Positions 9,694-20,190 of a stretch of DNA of 64,000 nucleotides are shown here, one piece after another; position 1 is the first letter of the stretch, and every line of letters begins with the position of its first letter. The position numbers and the translations under genes were made by a program. The stretch is from an uncultured Fibrobacteria bacterium (GTDB lineage Bacteria > Fibrobacterota > Fibrobacteria > UBA11236), in the NCBI GenBank assembly GCA_963716395.1, contig OY970309.1:3424001-3488000 (forward strand). The letters are read 5' to 3'. Under the pieces are notes generated by a model, which saw nothing but the letters and a program-made list of their open reading frames with translations, made no database searches and was not told the origin of the DNA.

Positions 9694-10127
9694 GCGGTGT
9701 TCCAGTACAGCCATTGGTAGCCGGCAAATACGGCGGCCAGGACGGATTCCAGCGCCAAGAGGCCCCGACCCGTCTCTCCGCCATTACGCCACAGGGCATA
9801 GACCGCGAAGAGCAAGATCGGATGCAACATAAACAGGCCGGCATGCAGCCAATGCTCGGCCGGTGTGCAGCGGCCGGCATGCACCCATTCGTCCTTGGTC
9901 ACGCACAGGCAGGAAAAAATCGCGGCCAGGGCGTAGAGACGCAACCAAAACCCCTGAGCCGGCGCGGTGAGCGCGAGTCCGAGGCAGAGAAGCACCGACA
10001 GCGTGTCGAGCGGATGTCCGCGGCGTTCCCAGGAGGGCAGGCCGCGACGGCGGTGAAAGACGAATTCATCCACGGCCATTGCCAAGGCCTGCGTGAAAAA
10101 AACCGCTGTCGCGACGCCGAGGGTCAT
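9669..10127 (-). CDS. Hypothetical integral membrane protein with His/Glu motifs
   Basis: ATGA overlap with the PKS stop; about 4-5 TM segments; DEFVFH, GHPLD, KDEWVH, EHWLH..LHP. Confidence 0.75.
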   Translation of the reverse strand: MTLGVATAVFFTQALAMAVDEFVFHRRRGLPSWERRGHPLDTLSVLLCLGLALTAPAQGFWLRLYALAAIFSCLCVTKDEWVHAGRCTPAEHWLHAGLFMLHPILLFAVYALWRNGGETGRGLLALESVLAAVFAGYQWLYWNTAWLPARHR

Positions 10128-11293
10128 GGGGCGGATCGGCGGCGGCGCATCAGCATTCCATACAAGGTCAGCCCCGGACCGAAGGCCAGGCTGACCACCA
10201 AACCTCCCGGCGGTACCTCGTTGTCGGACAGGAGACGGTCCCAGATATGCGGCAAGGTGGCCGACGACATGTTGCCGCGTTCGAAGAGCACTTGCCGCGA
10301 CGCCGCGAGTTGCCAAGGCTGCAGGCGCAGCCACTCCGCGGTTTTTTCGAGAATGCGCGGTCCGCCCGGATGTACGGCATAAACCGCGTCGCGCAACGCT
10401 GCGCGGGCCACGCCGCAGGCCTCGGCCAAACCGGAAAGAAAGGGATCCAGCGCCTCGGCCAGCCGATCCGGAACCTGCCGCGACAGCGACATGCGCATGC
10501 CGAAGTCGCCGGGAATCCAGCCGATGTCCCCCAAGGAATCCGGCAGCAGCCGTTCGAGAAATCCCAGGAGGGTGAAACCATCTTCCGCGGACGGAAGGCG
10601 GTGCAAACTGTAGCGCGCATAGCCGTCGGCAAACAGCGATTGCACCACCAACTGTTCGGGATCATGGCGCGCAGGATTCAGGTGCAAAGTGCAAACTTCG
10701 GTATGCACCACATCGCAGCGCGCCGTACGCAGGCCGGAGGCGAGATACCCGGCGGCGATGCGCAGCGCCGGCAAGGAAGCCAAGCAGCCCATATGGTAAA
10801 CATGCGTGATTCGGGTGAAAGCACCCCAGCCCCGCCGCATCGCCAACGCTTGCACCGCCGAAGGCGCGGCGTAGCCGGTGCAGGTAACATGCAGTAATTC
10901 CTGCGGCGCGGTGTCTTCGGCGGTATACAGGCCGTCAACGGCGCGGGTGGCGAAGCCGGCAAATGCATGCATACGCGCGCCCATCGGTACCCCTTCGGGA
11001 CGACGGTGCAGGGGGAAAATTTCTTTTTCCTCGAAGCGTTCGTCGAGAAATTCGCCGACATCGCTGCGCCGGAACCCCACAGCCTGGGGCGATGGCCCGA
11101 AGCGGCGGATATGACGTTCCATTTGCCGCCGAAAGGCCGCCCCATCGAAATCCCGATCGCCCCGCAAGGTTTTTTCCGCCCGAGTATGAGCGGCGGCCAG
11201 CCATTGCACGGTTTGTTCATGGCTGCCGTTATGTGCCGGAAGCCGGATACGAAAATCACCCAGGAAAAATCGTGGAGACGTGTTGCTTGGCAT
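10124..11293 (-). CDS. Type III polyketide synthase (chalcone/stilbene synthase family)
   Basis: Catalytic Cys (HMGCLAS), His (VHPGGPRI) and Asn (GNMSSAT); CTGY, EVCTLH, LFADG, AFGPGLT. Confidence 0.93.
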   Translation of the reverse strand: MPSNTSPRFFLGDFRIRLPAHNGSHEQTVQWLAAAHTRAEKTLRGDRDFDGAAFRRQMERHIRRFGPSPQAVGFRRSDVGEFLDERFEEKEIFPLHRRPEGVPMGARMHAFAGFATRAVDGLYTAEDTAPQELLHVTCTGYAAPSAVQALAMRRGWGAFTRITHVYHMGCLASLPALRIAAGYLASGLRTARCDVVHTEVCTLHLNPARHDPEQLVVQSLFADGYARYSLHRLPSAEDGFTLLGFLERLLPDSLGDIGWIPGDFGMRMSLSRQVPDRLAEALDPFLSGLAEACGVARAALRDAVYAVHPGGPRILEKTAEWLRLQPWQLAASRQVLFERGNMSSATLPHIWDRLLSDNEVPPGGLVVSLAFGPGLTLYGMLMRRRRSAP

Positions 11294-11515
11294 ATCGGTA
11301 TCGCAAAAGCTACCGCGGAGTCTGGCTTTCCGTCGAGCGTATGCTATTTAACAAGTCGGGCGGTCAGGGATGCCATTCATCCCTGCCGCGGAAAATTCCT
11401 TATCAATTTGTGACATCCGGTGTGTGCGAGACTTCGAATTCGCTCCCGGCAAAGGCTTACCGTTGTAAAAGCAGCCGTCGTGCCGTATCCTTTGTTCTCC
11501 GCAATCAAGCATCCC

Positions 11516-12823
11516 ATGCCCATGCCTCCTTCGCCCCGCAAGCGGACCCGCCCATCCGCCGCCTCGAAATTCCCGACTCCGCTGGCACCCCGACCGATCA
11601 ATGGCTATGCGCTGGCCGAGATTGTGCACCGCGAAAGCCTCGATATTCATTTTCAACCTATTGTCTCGCTCAAACGGAAAAATGTTTTGGGTGTCGAGGC
11701 TCTGGCCCGTCCGACCGACCCGGTTTCGGGCCGGCCCGTTCCGCCGGCGGAATTGTTCGCCCAAGCCCTGCACGCAGGCGGCGCCGTGGACTTGGATCGC
11801 CTGTGCCGCCGCAAAGCGCTGCAAGCCTATGCCGCGTTCGCCGGAAATCACGAGAGCGCTCCGTTGCTCTTTCTCAATTTCGAAGCCTCGGTGCTCGACA
11901 AGGGTGTGCTGGGTTCCGGCGCCTTGACCCAGGCTGTGAACGAAGCCGGCTTGGCGCCGCAAGACGTGGTCATCGAAATCAACGAGTCGCGCGTGGGGAA
12001 TCTCGAAGCCCTGATCGGATTCGTCGATACCCATCGGCAGCGTGGCTTTCTCATGGCCCTCGACGATCTCGGCGCCGGATTTTCCAACCTGCCCCGCATC
12101 TTTTTGCTCAAGCCCGACATTCTCAAACTGGATCGCGCCCTGATCCAGGAAATCCACAAGGATTTCCACAAACAGGAAGTATTCCGATCCGTGGTGGGGC
12201 TCGGCCGACGCGTGGGAGCCTTGATCCTGGCGGAAGGCGTGGAAACCGAAGAGGAGCTCTCCACCTGCATGGATTTGGGTGCCGATCTCATCCAGGGATT
12301 TTTCTTCGCCAAACCCACGGCGCTGAGCCAAGTGGGATGGAGCCACCTCGAAAACAACCTCATGCGGTCGGCGTTGCGGTTGCGGCAACGCGCCGTCCAT
12401 CGCCTCAGCCGCAAGCGCGAGGAGTTGGAAAACCGGACCTTGCTGTGGAGGGATTTGGCCGAGCGCCTCGAAGGAAACGATGCAACCGATTTCGAGTCCA
12501 TCCTGCGCCTCTGGGCGCAGGAGGCCCTCGGCGTCGAATGCCTTTACATTCTCGAGGCCTCCGGCATGCAAGTCACGGCCACGGTGTTTACCGGCGACAA
12601 GGTTCCGCATCCGCGCACGCGCCTGTTCCACCCCGCAGAAATCGGTACGGACCATTCCAACAAGGAGTACTTCTACGCGCTCGTCGACGCCGGCCAGGAT
12701 CGCTTCATGACCGATACCTATTTGTCGCTGGCTTCGGGAAACCTCTGCCGTACCCTGTCGGGATTTTTCCGGGACGGCTTCGGAAGCCGGTTTCTTTTGT
12801 GCTTGGATGTCGGCCTGGAATAA
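11516..12823 (+). CDS. EAL-domain c-di-GMP phosphodiesterase with C-terminal Cache/YkuI_C-like domain
   Basis: FQPIV, VEALAR, LFLNF, IEINE, DDLGAGFSNL, ILKLDR, AEGVET, QGFFFAKP; C-terminal DHSNKEYF...YLSLASGNLCRTLS; start uncertain. Confidence 0.88.
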   Translation: MPMPPSPRKRTRPSAASKFPTPLAPRPINGYALAEIVHRESLDIHFQPIVSLKRKNVLGVEALARPTDPVSGRPVPPAELFAQALHAGGAVDLDRLCRRKALQAYAAFAGNHESAPLLFLNFEASVLDKGVLGSGALTQAVNEAGLAPQDVVIEINESRVGNLEALIGFVDTHRQRGFLMALDDLGAGFSNLPRIFLLKPDILKLDRALIQEIHKDFHKQEVFRSVVGLGRRVGALILAEGVETEEELSTCMDLGADLIQGFFFAKPTALSQVGWSHLENNLMRSALRLRQRAVHRLSRKREELENRTLLWRDLAERLEGNDATDFESILRLWAQEALGVECLYILEASGMQVTATVFTGDKVPHPRTRLFHPAEIGTDHSNKEYFYALVDAGQDRFMTDTYLSLASGNLCRTLSGFFRDGFGSRFLLCLDVGLE

Positions 12824-12859
12824 TAGCGGGATCTAAGAATACTCGTTTCGCGACAAAAG

Positions 12860-14323
12860 TCACGCCGTCGCTTCGGTCAGCGAGTGGTTTTTGGAAGCCA
12901 AGCGCGAATCACCCGTCAAAAATTCGTCCACGGCCCGGGCGCATTCGCGGCCTTCGGAAATGGCCCACACCACCAAAGACTGGCCGCGCCGCATGTCGCC
13001 GGCCGCGAAAACCCCCTCCACCGAAGTTTGGTAATTCGCGCCGCATTTGACATTGCCGCGTTCGTCTTTTTCCACGCCCAATTCTTCCAGCATGCCCTTG
13101 TGCTCGGGATGCACGAAGCCCATGGCCAGCAGCACCAATTCGGCCGGCATCTCGAATTCGCTGCCGGGGATTTCGGTGAACTTGGGTCCCTGCCATTCCA
13201 GGTGCACGGCCTTGATACCGCGCAGACGGCCCTGTTCGTCTTTGAGGAACTCTTTGGATTGAATGGCCCAATCACGCGCGCAGCCTTCGGCCTGCGAACT
13301 CGACGTCGAGAGCATGCGCGGGCCGGGATGCACGGGCCACGGCGTGTCCGGGGTGCGGGACGCGGGCGGCTTGGGCAAAAGCTCGATTTGCGTCACCGAC
13401 TGGGCGCCGTGCCGGATCGAAGTGCCCACGCAATCCGATCCCGTATCGCCGCCGCCGATCACCACCACGTTTTTGCCCGTGGCTAGAATGCTTTCGGCCT
13501 CGGGAATGGGGTCGCCGGCCACGCGCTTGTTGTTCTGGGTCAGGAATTGCATGGCCGGATAGACGCCCAGCGCGTCACGGCCGGGAATGGGAAGGTCGCG
13601 CGCCAAGGTCGAACCGCCGGCCAGCACGAGGGCGTCGAAATTCTGGCGCAGCTCGGTAACGGGAATGTTAACCCCGACGTTGGCATTCGTTCGGAAGATC
13701 ACGCCTTCGGCCTGCATCACCTGGACGCGGCGCTCCACCACGCGCTTCGACAGCTTGAAGTCGGGAATGCCATAGCGCAAAAGGCCGCCGATGCGATCGG
13801 CGCGCTCGAACACGGTCACGGAATGCCCGGCTTTATTGAGTTGATCGGCGCAGGCCAAGCCCGACGGTCCCGAGCCCACCACCGCCACTTTCTTGCCGGT
13901 GCGCACCGGCGGCGGTTCGGGTTTGATCCAACCCTGCGCAAAAGCGTAGTCGATGATGGAGACTTCGATGCTCTTGATGGCCACGGGCGGTTTGTTGATC
14001 CCCAGTACACAGGCCGATTCGCAGGGCGCCGGGCAAATGCGGCCCGTGAATTCGGGGAAGTTGTTGGTCGACAGCAGGCTTTTGAGCGCAGCCAGCCATT
14101 TGCCGTTGTAGACGTGATCGTTGAAGTCGGGAATGATGTTGCCCAAGGGACAGCCGGTGTGGCAAAAGGGAATGCCGCAATCCATACAGCGCGCGCCCTG
14201 GGTTTCCATCTCCTCTTTGGACAACGACACCACGAATTCTTCGTAGGTATGGATGCGCTCTTCCACCGGCACATATTTCGGCGTCTTGCGTTCGAACTCT
14301 TTGAAGCCGGTAATTTTTCCCAT
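12860..14323 (-). CDS. gltD: Glutamate synthase small subunit
   Basis: [49 protein letters not shown]. Confidence 0.97.
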   Translation of the reverse strand: MGKITGFKEFERKTPKYVPVEERIHTYEEFVVSLSKEEMETQGARCMDCGIPFCHTGCPLGNIIPDFNDHVYNGKWLAALKSLLSTNNFPEFTGRICPAPCESACVLGINKPPVAIKSIEVSIIDYAFAQGWIKPEPPPVRTGKKVAVVGSGPSGLACADQLNKAGHSVTVFERADRIGGLLRYGIPDFKLSKRVVERRVQVMQAEGVIFRTNANVGVNIPVTELRQNFDALVLAGGSTLARDLPIPGRDALGVYPAMQFLTQNNKRVAGDPIPEAESILATGKNVVVIGGGDTGSDCVGTSIRHGAQSVTQIELLPKPPASRTPDTPWPVHPGPRMLSTSSSQAEGCARDWAIQSKEFLKDEQGRLRGIKAVHLEWQGPKFTEIPGSEFEMPAELVLLAMGFVHPEHKGMLEELGVEKDERGNVKCGANYQTSVEGVFAAGDMRRGQSLVVWAISEGRECARAVDEFLTGDSRLASKNHSLTEATA

Positions 14324-14326
14324 GGT

Positions 14327-17300
14327 TCAGCCCCTGGCTTTCACTTCGCTCTGCATTTCCGCCAAAGCCCGCTTGTAATCCTTGGGCATGACCTTCACGA
14401 ACTTGGGCAGGGCCGCCTTCCAGGCCGAGAGGATTTCGTGGGCGCTGAGGCTGCCGGTGTATTCCGCATGGCGTTCGATGCTCTCCTTGAGTTCGATGGC
14501 TTCTTCGGCTTCGGAAACCTCTTCGAGATCGACCATTTCTGGATTCACCCGTCCCGCGTTGATTCCGTCGGGATCATAGAGATAGGCGACGCCGCCGCTC
14601 ATGCCGGCCGCGAAATTCCGGCCCACTTCGCCGAGCACCACCACCCGGCCGCCGGTCATGTATTCGCAGCCGTGGTCGCCGCACGATTCGACCACCACTT
14701 CGACGCCCGAATTGCGCACGCAAAAGCGTTCGCCCGCCTTGCCGCGCACATAGGCTTCGCCGCTGGTAGCGCCGTAGAAAGAAACGTTGCCGACGATCAC
14801 GTTTTCGCGCGCCACGAAACGCGATTCCTTGGGCGGATAGAGAATGACCTTGGCGCCGGAAAGGCCCTTGCAGAAATAATCGTTGGCTTCGCCTTCGAGT
14901 TCGAACGTGACCCCGTGCACGCCGAAGGCGCAAAAGCTCTGGCCTGCGGAGCCGTTGAACTTGAACGCGACGGTATCTTCGGGCAATCCCGCTTCGCCGT
15001 ATCGGCGGGTGATGCGCGAGGATAAAATGGTGCCCACGGTGCGGTGGACGTTGCGGATGGCGAAGGTGGCGCGCACCGGCGTGCCCGTTTCGATCGCCGG
15101 CTGTGCCGCTGTGAGCAAGTCCCAATCCAGGGCCTTTTCCAGGCCGTGATCCTGGCGCTCGCAGCAATAGGTTCCGCCCACCTGGTCGCCGGCCATGCTG
15201 TGCAGAATCGGGTGCAGATCGAGGTGCTTCGCCTTCCAATGCTTGACTTCGCGGCGGGGTGCGAGTTTGTCGACCCGCCCCACCATTTCGTTCACGGTGC
15301 GGAAACCCAGGAGCGCCATGTATTCGCGAAAATCCTGGGCCAGAAAGCGGAAGAAGTTGACCACGTGATCGGCTTCGCCCGTGAACAGCTTGCGCAATTC
15401 CGGGTCCTGCGTGGCCACGCCCACCGGGCAGGTGTTGAGATGGCACTTGCGCATCATGATGCAGCCCAGGGCGATGAGCGCGCCCGTGGCCACGCCCCAT
15501 TCCTCGGCGCCCAGCAAGGTGGCGATGGCGATGTCGCGGCCCGTGCGCAGCATGCCGTCGGTTTGCAGCACCACGCGCGAGCGCAAATGGTTTTTCATCA
15601 GCACCTGATGGGCTTCGGAAAGCCCCAATTCCCAGGGCAGGCCGGCATGTTTGATCGAGGTCAGCGGCGACGCGCCGGTGCCGCCGTCATGGCCCGAGAT
15701 GAGGATCACATCGCTATGCGCCTTGGCCACTCCCGCGGCCACCGTGCCCACGCCCACCTCGGCCACCAATTTGACGCTGATACGCGCCTGGTCGTTGGCG
15801 TTCTTGAGATCGTAGATGAGTTGGGCCAAATCCTCGATGGAATAGATGTCGTGATGCGGCGGCGGCGAAATCAGGCCCACCCCGGGCGTGCTGTGCCGCA
15901 CCTTGGCGATGAACTTGTCGATTTTCCAGCCGGGCAGTTGTCCGCCTTCGCCGGGCTTGGCGCCCTGCGCCATCTTGATCTGCAATTCATCGGCGTTGAC
16001 CAGGTAATTGCTGGTGACGCCGAAGCGTCCCGAGGCCACCTGCTTGATGCTCGAACGCATACTGTCGCCGTTGGGCAACGGCCGGAAGCGCAGCGCATCT
16101 TCGCCGCCTTCGCCGGTGTTGCTGCGTCCGCCCAGGCGGTTCATGGCGATGGCCAAGGTGGTATGCGCCTCCCAACTGATGGAGCCGAACGACATGGCGC
16201 CGCTGGCGAAGCGCTTCACGATGGATTCCACCGGCTCCACGTATTCGATGGGAATGGGGCTGGCATGCGCGAATTCGAACAGGCCGCGGATGGTGAGCAG
16301 ATTGTGGCTTTGATCATCGATATGCTTGGCGTACTCTTTGAACAGCTTGTAATTGCCCGTGCGCACGGCATGCTGCAATTTATGCACCACGTCGGGCGTG
16401 AGCATGTGCCGTTCGCCGCGCTGCCGCCACTGGTATTGGCCGCCCACTTCGAGATCCACCGGCTCCTCTTCTTTTTCCGGAAAGGCGAAACGGTGGCGCA
16501 TCAGGGTTTCCTCTTCCAAGGTGGCGAGATCGATGCCACCGAGACGCGAAACCGTGCCGCTGAAATACTCGTCGATGAGTTCGCGCCCCAAGCCCACGGC
16601 TTCGAAGATCTGCGAGCCGGTATAGGAGCGGATGGTGGAAATGCCCATTTTGGAAATGACCTTGAGCAGGCCTTTGTTCACGGCATGGATGAAATGCTGT
16701 TGCGCCTTTTCCGGCGTCAGTCCGTCGCGCAGCATGCGCCGCCGGCGCATGTCTTCGATGGTTTCGAAGGCGACGTAGGGGTTCACCGATCCCGCGCCAT
16801 AGCCGAGCAAGAGGGCGAAGTGATGCACCTCGCGCGCCTCGCCGGTTTCGATGACGATGCCGCATTGCGCGCGCATGCCTTCGCGGATGAGATGGTGGTG
16901 CACGGCCGACACCGCCAGCAGCGAAGGAATGGCGGCGTGATCGCTATCCACGGGTTTGTCGGAAAGCACGATGACGTTGTAGCCTTCCTGCACGGCCTCG
17001 CTGGCCTGGCGCCGGATGCGCTCCAGCGCTTTTTCCAGGCGGCCTTCGCCGCCCACGGCCTTGAACACGATGGGGATGGTGCGCGCCTGAAAATGGTGCT
17101 TGTCGACCCAACGCAGCCGCTCCAAATCGTCGTTGGTCAGAATGGGATGCGGCAATTCGATCACCCGGCAATGGCGCTCGGTCTCCTCCAGCAAATTGTC
17201 TTCTTTGCCCGCGAAGGTGGTCAGCGACATCACCATTTCCTCGCGGTCTTTATCGATGGGGGGATTGGTGACCTGGGCGAAGAGTTGGTGGAAATAGTCG

Positions 17301-18856
17301 AAGAGGTTGCGGCTCTTATCCGATAGCACGGGCAGCGCGGCGTCGTTGCCCATGGACCCCAAGGCTTCCACGCCCGCATTCACCATGGGCGACATGAGGA
17401 TTTTCAAATCCTCCAAGGTGTAACCGAACAGTTTCTGCCGCTTGAGCACGGTTTCGGTGGAGGGCTGTTTGATTTCGCGCGGCGGCGTCAGGCTGGCCAA
17501 ATCGATTTTGCCCAGACGCAGCCATTCGCCGTAGGGCTTTTGCGCGGCCACGCGCTGTTTGATTTCTTCGTCGGGAATGATGCGGCCTTCGGCCAGGCTG
17601 ACCACGAACATGCGGCCGGGTTGGAGACGCCCTTTCATCTTGATTTTCTCGGGCGGAAATTGCAGTACGCCGGCCTCCGAAGCCATGACCAGCAAATCGT
17701 CATCGGTGAGTTGGTAGCGCGAAGGCCGCAGGCCGTTGCGGTCCAAGGTGGCGCCGATGATATTGCCGTCGGTAAACGCCACCGAAGCCGGGCCGTCCCA
17801 GGGCTCCATGATGGCGGCGTGGTATTCGTAGAAGGCGCGTTTTTCCGGCGGCATATCCGGATCTTTTTCCCAGGCTTCGGGAATGAGCATCATCATGACA
17901 TGCGGCAGAGAACGGCCGCCCATGACGAGCAATTCGATGACGTTGTCGAGCTTGGCCGAATCCGATCCGGTTTCATCGATGATGGGCAACAGTTTTTTGA
18001 TCTCATCGTCGGTGAAGAGATGCGATTTGAGCAGGGCCTCGCGCGCGCGCATCCAGTTCTCGTTGCCGCGCAACGTGTTGATCTCGCCGTTGTGGGCGAT
18101 GTAGCGAAACGGGTGGGCCAGCGGCCAGGTGGGAAAGGTGTTGGTGGAAAAGCGGCTGTGCACCAGGGCCAGCGCGGTTTCATAGGCTTCGTCGCGCAAA
18201 TCGGCGAAGTAGTCGAGCACCTGGCTCGAAATGAACAGGCCCTTGTACACGATGGTGCGGCACGACAGCGAACCCACGTAGAACATGTGGCGATCGGCAT
18301 GATCGCTTTCGCGGATCACGCGCTCGGCGTATTTGCGAATCACATACAGCTTGCGTTCGAAGGCGTCGGCGTCGGCCGCGTTCTTGCCGCGCCGGAGAAA
18401 CACCTGGTAATGCGCCGGCTCCGAGCGCAGCACCGAAGCGGCCAAGCCGAAATTTTCGGTGGGCACCCTCCGCCAACCCAAAACTTTTTGACCGCTGTCC
18501 GCCGCGCAACGGGTGAATATTTTCTGCATTTCCCGGAGGGTTTTTTCTTCGCGGGACATGAATATTTGCCCCACGCCATATTCGCCCGGATGCGGCAGCG
18601 CAAAACCCAATTCCGCGCATTTCTTCAAAAAGAAGCCGTGAGGAATCTGGGTCAGAATACCGGCGCCGTCGCCCGCGTTTTTTTCAGCACCGCAAGCGCC
18701 GCGATGCTCGAGGTTGACCAACAGTTCGATCCCCTTGGCTACGATTTCATGCGATTTTTCGCCTTTGATGTTGACGACAAACCCCACGCCGCAGGCATCA
18801 TGTTCATAGCGCGGGTCGTACAACCCTTCGGGTTCGGGAATTCCGTTCACAGGCAT
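14327..18856 (-). CDS. gltB: Glutamate synthase large subunit
   Basis: HDACGVG, HSRFSTNT, EPWDGPA, QGAKPGEGGQLPG, CIMMRKCHLNTCPVG, GDHGCEYMTGG. Confidence 0.98.
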   Translation of the reverse strand: MPVNGIPEPEGLYDPRYEHDACGVGFVVNIKGEKSHEIVAKGIELLVNLEHRGACGAEKNAGDGAGILTQIPHGFFLKKCAELGFALPHPGEYGVGQIFMSREEKTLREMQKIFTRCAADSGQKVLGWRRVPTENFGLAASVLRSEPAHYQVFLRRGKNAADADAFERKLYVIRKYAERVIRESDHADRHMFYVGSLSCRTIVYKGLFISSQVLDYFADLRDEAYETALALVHSRFSTNTFPTWPLAHPFRYIAHNGEINTLRGNENWMRAREALLKSHLFTDDEIKKLLPIIDETGSDSAKLDNVIELLVMGGRSLPHVMMMLIPEAWEKDPDMPPEKRAFYEYHAAIMEPWDGPASVAFTDGNIIGATLDRNGLRPSRYQLTDDDLLVMASEAGVLQFPPEKIKMKGRLQPGRMFVVSLAEGRIIPDEEIKQRVAAQKPYGEWLRLGKIDLASLTPPREIKQPSTETVLKRQKLFGYTLEDLKILMSPMVNAGVEALGSMGNDAALPVLSDKSRNLFDYFHQLFAQVTNPPIDKDREEMVMSLTTFAGKEDNLLEETERHCRVIELPHPILTNDDLERLRWVDKHHFQARTIPIVFKAVGGEGRLEKALERIRRQASEAVQEGYNVIVLSDKPVDSDHAAIPSLLAVSAVHHHLIREGMRAQCGIVIETGEAREVHHFALLLGYGAGSVNPYVAFETIEDMRRRRMLRDGLTPEKAQQHFIHAVNKGLLKVISKMGISTIRSYTGSQIFEAVGLGRELIDEYFSGTVSRLGGIDLATLEEETLMRHRFAFPEKEEEPVDLEVGGQYQWRQRGERHMLTPDVVHKLQHAVRTGNYKLFKEYAKHIDDQSHNLLTIRGLFEFAHASPIPIEYVEPVESIVKRFASGAMSFGSISWEAHTTLAIAMNRLGGRSNTGEGGEDALRFRPLPNGDSMRSSIKQVASGRFGVTSNYLVNADELQIKMAQGAKPGEGGQLPGWKIDKFIAKVRHSTPGVGLISPPPHHDIYSIEDLAQLIYDLKNANDQARISVKLVAEVGVGTVAAGVAKAHSDVILISGHDGGTGASPLTSIKHAGLPWELGLSEAHQVLMKNHLRSRVVLQTDGMLRTGRDIAIATLLGAEEWGVATGALIALGCIMMRKCHLNTCPVGVATQDPELRKLFTGEADHVVNFFRFLAQDFREYMALLGFRTVNEMVGRVDKLAPRREVKHWKAKHLDLHPILHSMAGDQVGGTYCCERQDHGLEKALDWDLLTAAQPAIETGTPVRATFAIRNVHRTVGTILSSRITRRYGEAGLPEDTVAFKFNGSAGQSFCAFGVHGVTFELEGEANDYFCKGLSGAKVILYPPKESRFVARENVIVGNVSFYGATSGEAYVRGKAGERFCVRNSGVEVVVESCGDHGCEYMTGGRVVVLGEVGRNFAAGMSGGVAYLYDPDGINAGRVNPEMVDLEEVSEAEEAIELKESIERHAEYTGSLSAHEILSAWKAALPKFVKVMPKDYKRALAEMQSEVKARG

Positions 18857-18912
18857 GGCAAGACCTCAATGTCGGCGTGATGGAAGCGCCAGGCGGCTTA
18901 AAAGTAAATAAC

Positions 18913-20160
18913 TCAATTCGGGCTGAAGGCCGGCCATACAAGGCGCCCGCGCAGATCGCGGCTGCCCTGCGGGCTCCACAGCGACGGATCGGCCTGCAAA
19001 AGGCGCAGGCGAAAATCGGCCGGGGGGCGTCGAATCGAGATCGCGGGCGCCAGGGCCGTGGTCTGCGTGGCGCCCAGTGTCAACAAGGCTTGGCCGGTTT
19101 TCTGATTGACATAGCAGAGCTTCACCCAATCGGCGCTGCGCGTCACGTTTTCGATGCGCACTTCGTCCAGCATGCCGGAGAAGTAACGGCTGACATTGTT
19201 ACTGGCATCGGACCAGGCCCCCATCACCCAGCGGCCCGGGGAAGGCAAGGCTCCGGTGGTGTCGGCGCGGGAACTGTCGACCGCGTTGCGGTACAAATGC
19301 CAGCGCGTCCCATCATAAGCGCCGACGAGATAAACCCATTGGGCGCTGTCGGCTTCGGTATAAGTGTAGCCGGCGAAGTGATCGGTCCCGTCATAGGAAG
19401 TCACATGGTATTGGGTGTTCAAAAGACGGAAGGAAGTTTCTGAATTTCCGCTCGCAGGCGAAACGTGAGTCAGGATGTGGCGGTGCTGTTGAGCTCCGCT
19501 CGATCCGCCGTTCAGCCAGCGCACCCAGGCCGACAGGGTGATGCGTCCCGAAATATTCAGGCTGGACGAAGTTCCCAAGTCCAAGTATTGGCTGGTGCCG
19601 TTGAAACTTCGCCCCGATCCGATGCATCCCGTGGCATTCGTGGTTCCGGTATTGACGGCAGTGTTCCCATCAACCGTGGCGTCGCCCAGGGCATTGTTGA
19701 GATGCCAGACGCCTTTGAATCCGTTGGCGGTGTCGAACACTCCGGCGCCGTCGGAGCTGTCGGCGGCCTGGGGATTGTTCCAATACATCCGCAGGCTTTG
19801 TGTGCTGCTGTTCCCCAGCAACGTGTCGACCAAAACCCAGATCTCGGCCTCTTGATTGGTCTTGTCCCAGTTTTCGACCTGATAGCGGAGATGGGTTCCG
19901 TCCGGTTTGGCAAAGCGGATGTCGGCGCCGGTGGCGAGCGCCGTTGCGAAGACATCCGCCTGATCGGCGCCGAGTCGCACCAGCAATGGAAAGTCAACTT
20001 GATTCGCCGCGATATCGGCCCCCGTGGCCGTGGTGTTCAAGGTGATGGCTTTATACGACGCCCAATTCAGGGCATAATTTTCCTGGGAAAAAACCGCGAC
20101 CGCGCCGAGGAGTAGCGCCGGACCCAGGCGTGAAAGGCAACCGTGATTTTTCATGCTCAC
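18913..20160 (-). CDS. Secreted DUF2341 + LamG/concanavalin A-like domain protein
   Basis: Signal peptide; DFPLLVRL, GADIRF, YQVENWD, IWVLV, MYWNN (DUF2341); VWHL...ITLSAWV...FSGMLDEVRI (LamG); C-terminal DLRGR. Confidence 0.85.
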   Translation of the reverse strand: MSMKNHGCLSRLGPALLLGAVAVFSQENYALNWASYKAITLNTTATGADIAANQVDFPLLVRLGADQADVFATALATGADIRFAKPDGTHLRYQVENWDKTNQEAEIWVLVDTLLGNSSTQSLRMYWNNPQAADSSDGAGVFDTANGFKGVWHLNNALGDATVDGNTAVNTGTTNATGCIGSGRSFNGTSQYLDLGTSSSLNISGRITLSAWVRWLNGGSSGAQQHRHILTHVSPASGNSETSFRLLNTQYHVTSYDGTDHFAGYTYTEADSAQWVYLVGAYDGTRWHLYRNAVDSSRADTTGALPSPGRWVMGAWSDASNNVSRYFSGMLDEVRIENVTRSADWVKLCYVNQKTGQALLTLGATQTTALAPAISIRRPPADFRLRLLQADPSLWSPQGSRDLRGRLVWPAFSPN

Positions 20161-20190
20161 CCCAACGCATGCGAAGGTTTGAAGGGAAAA

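Noticed and set aside
8929-9714. Calling the methyltransferase ubiG of ubiquinone synthesis
   Set aside because: Context is a PKS operon with no other ubi genes; substrate unknown
2121-17326. Long alternative-frame or antisense ORFs (e.g. 2121-4547 -, 10963-13050 +, 13547-15025 +, 15044-17326 +)
   Set aside because: Shadow ORFs expected in high-GC DNA overlapping well-supported genes; no recognisable motifs
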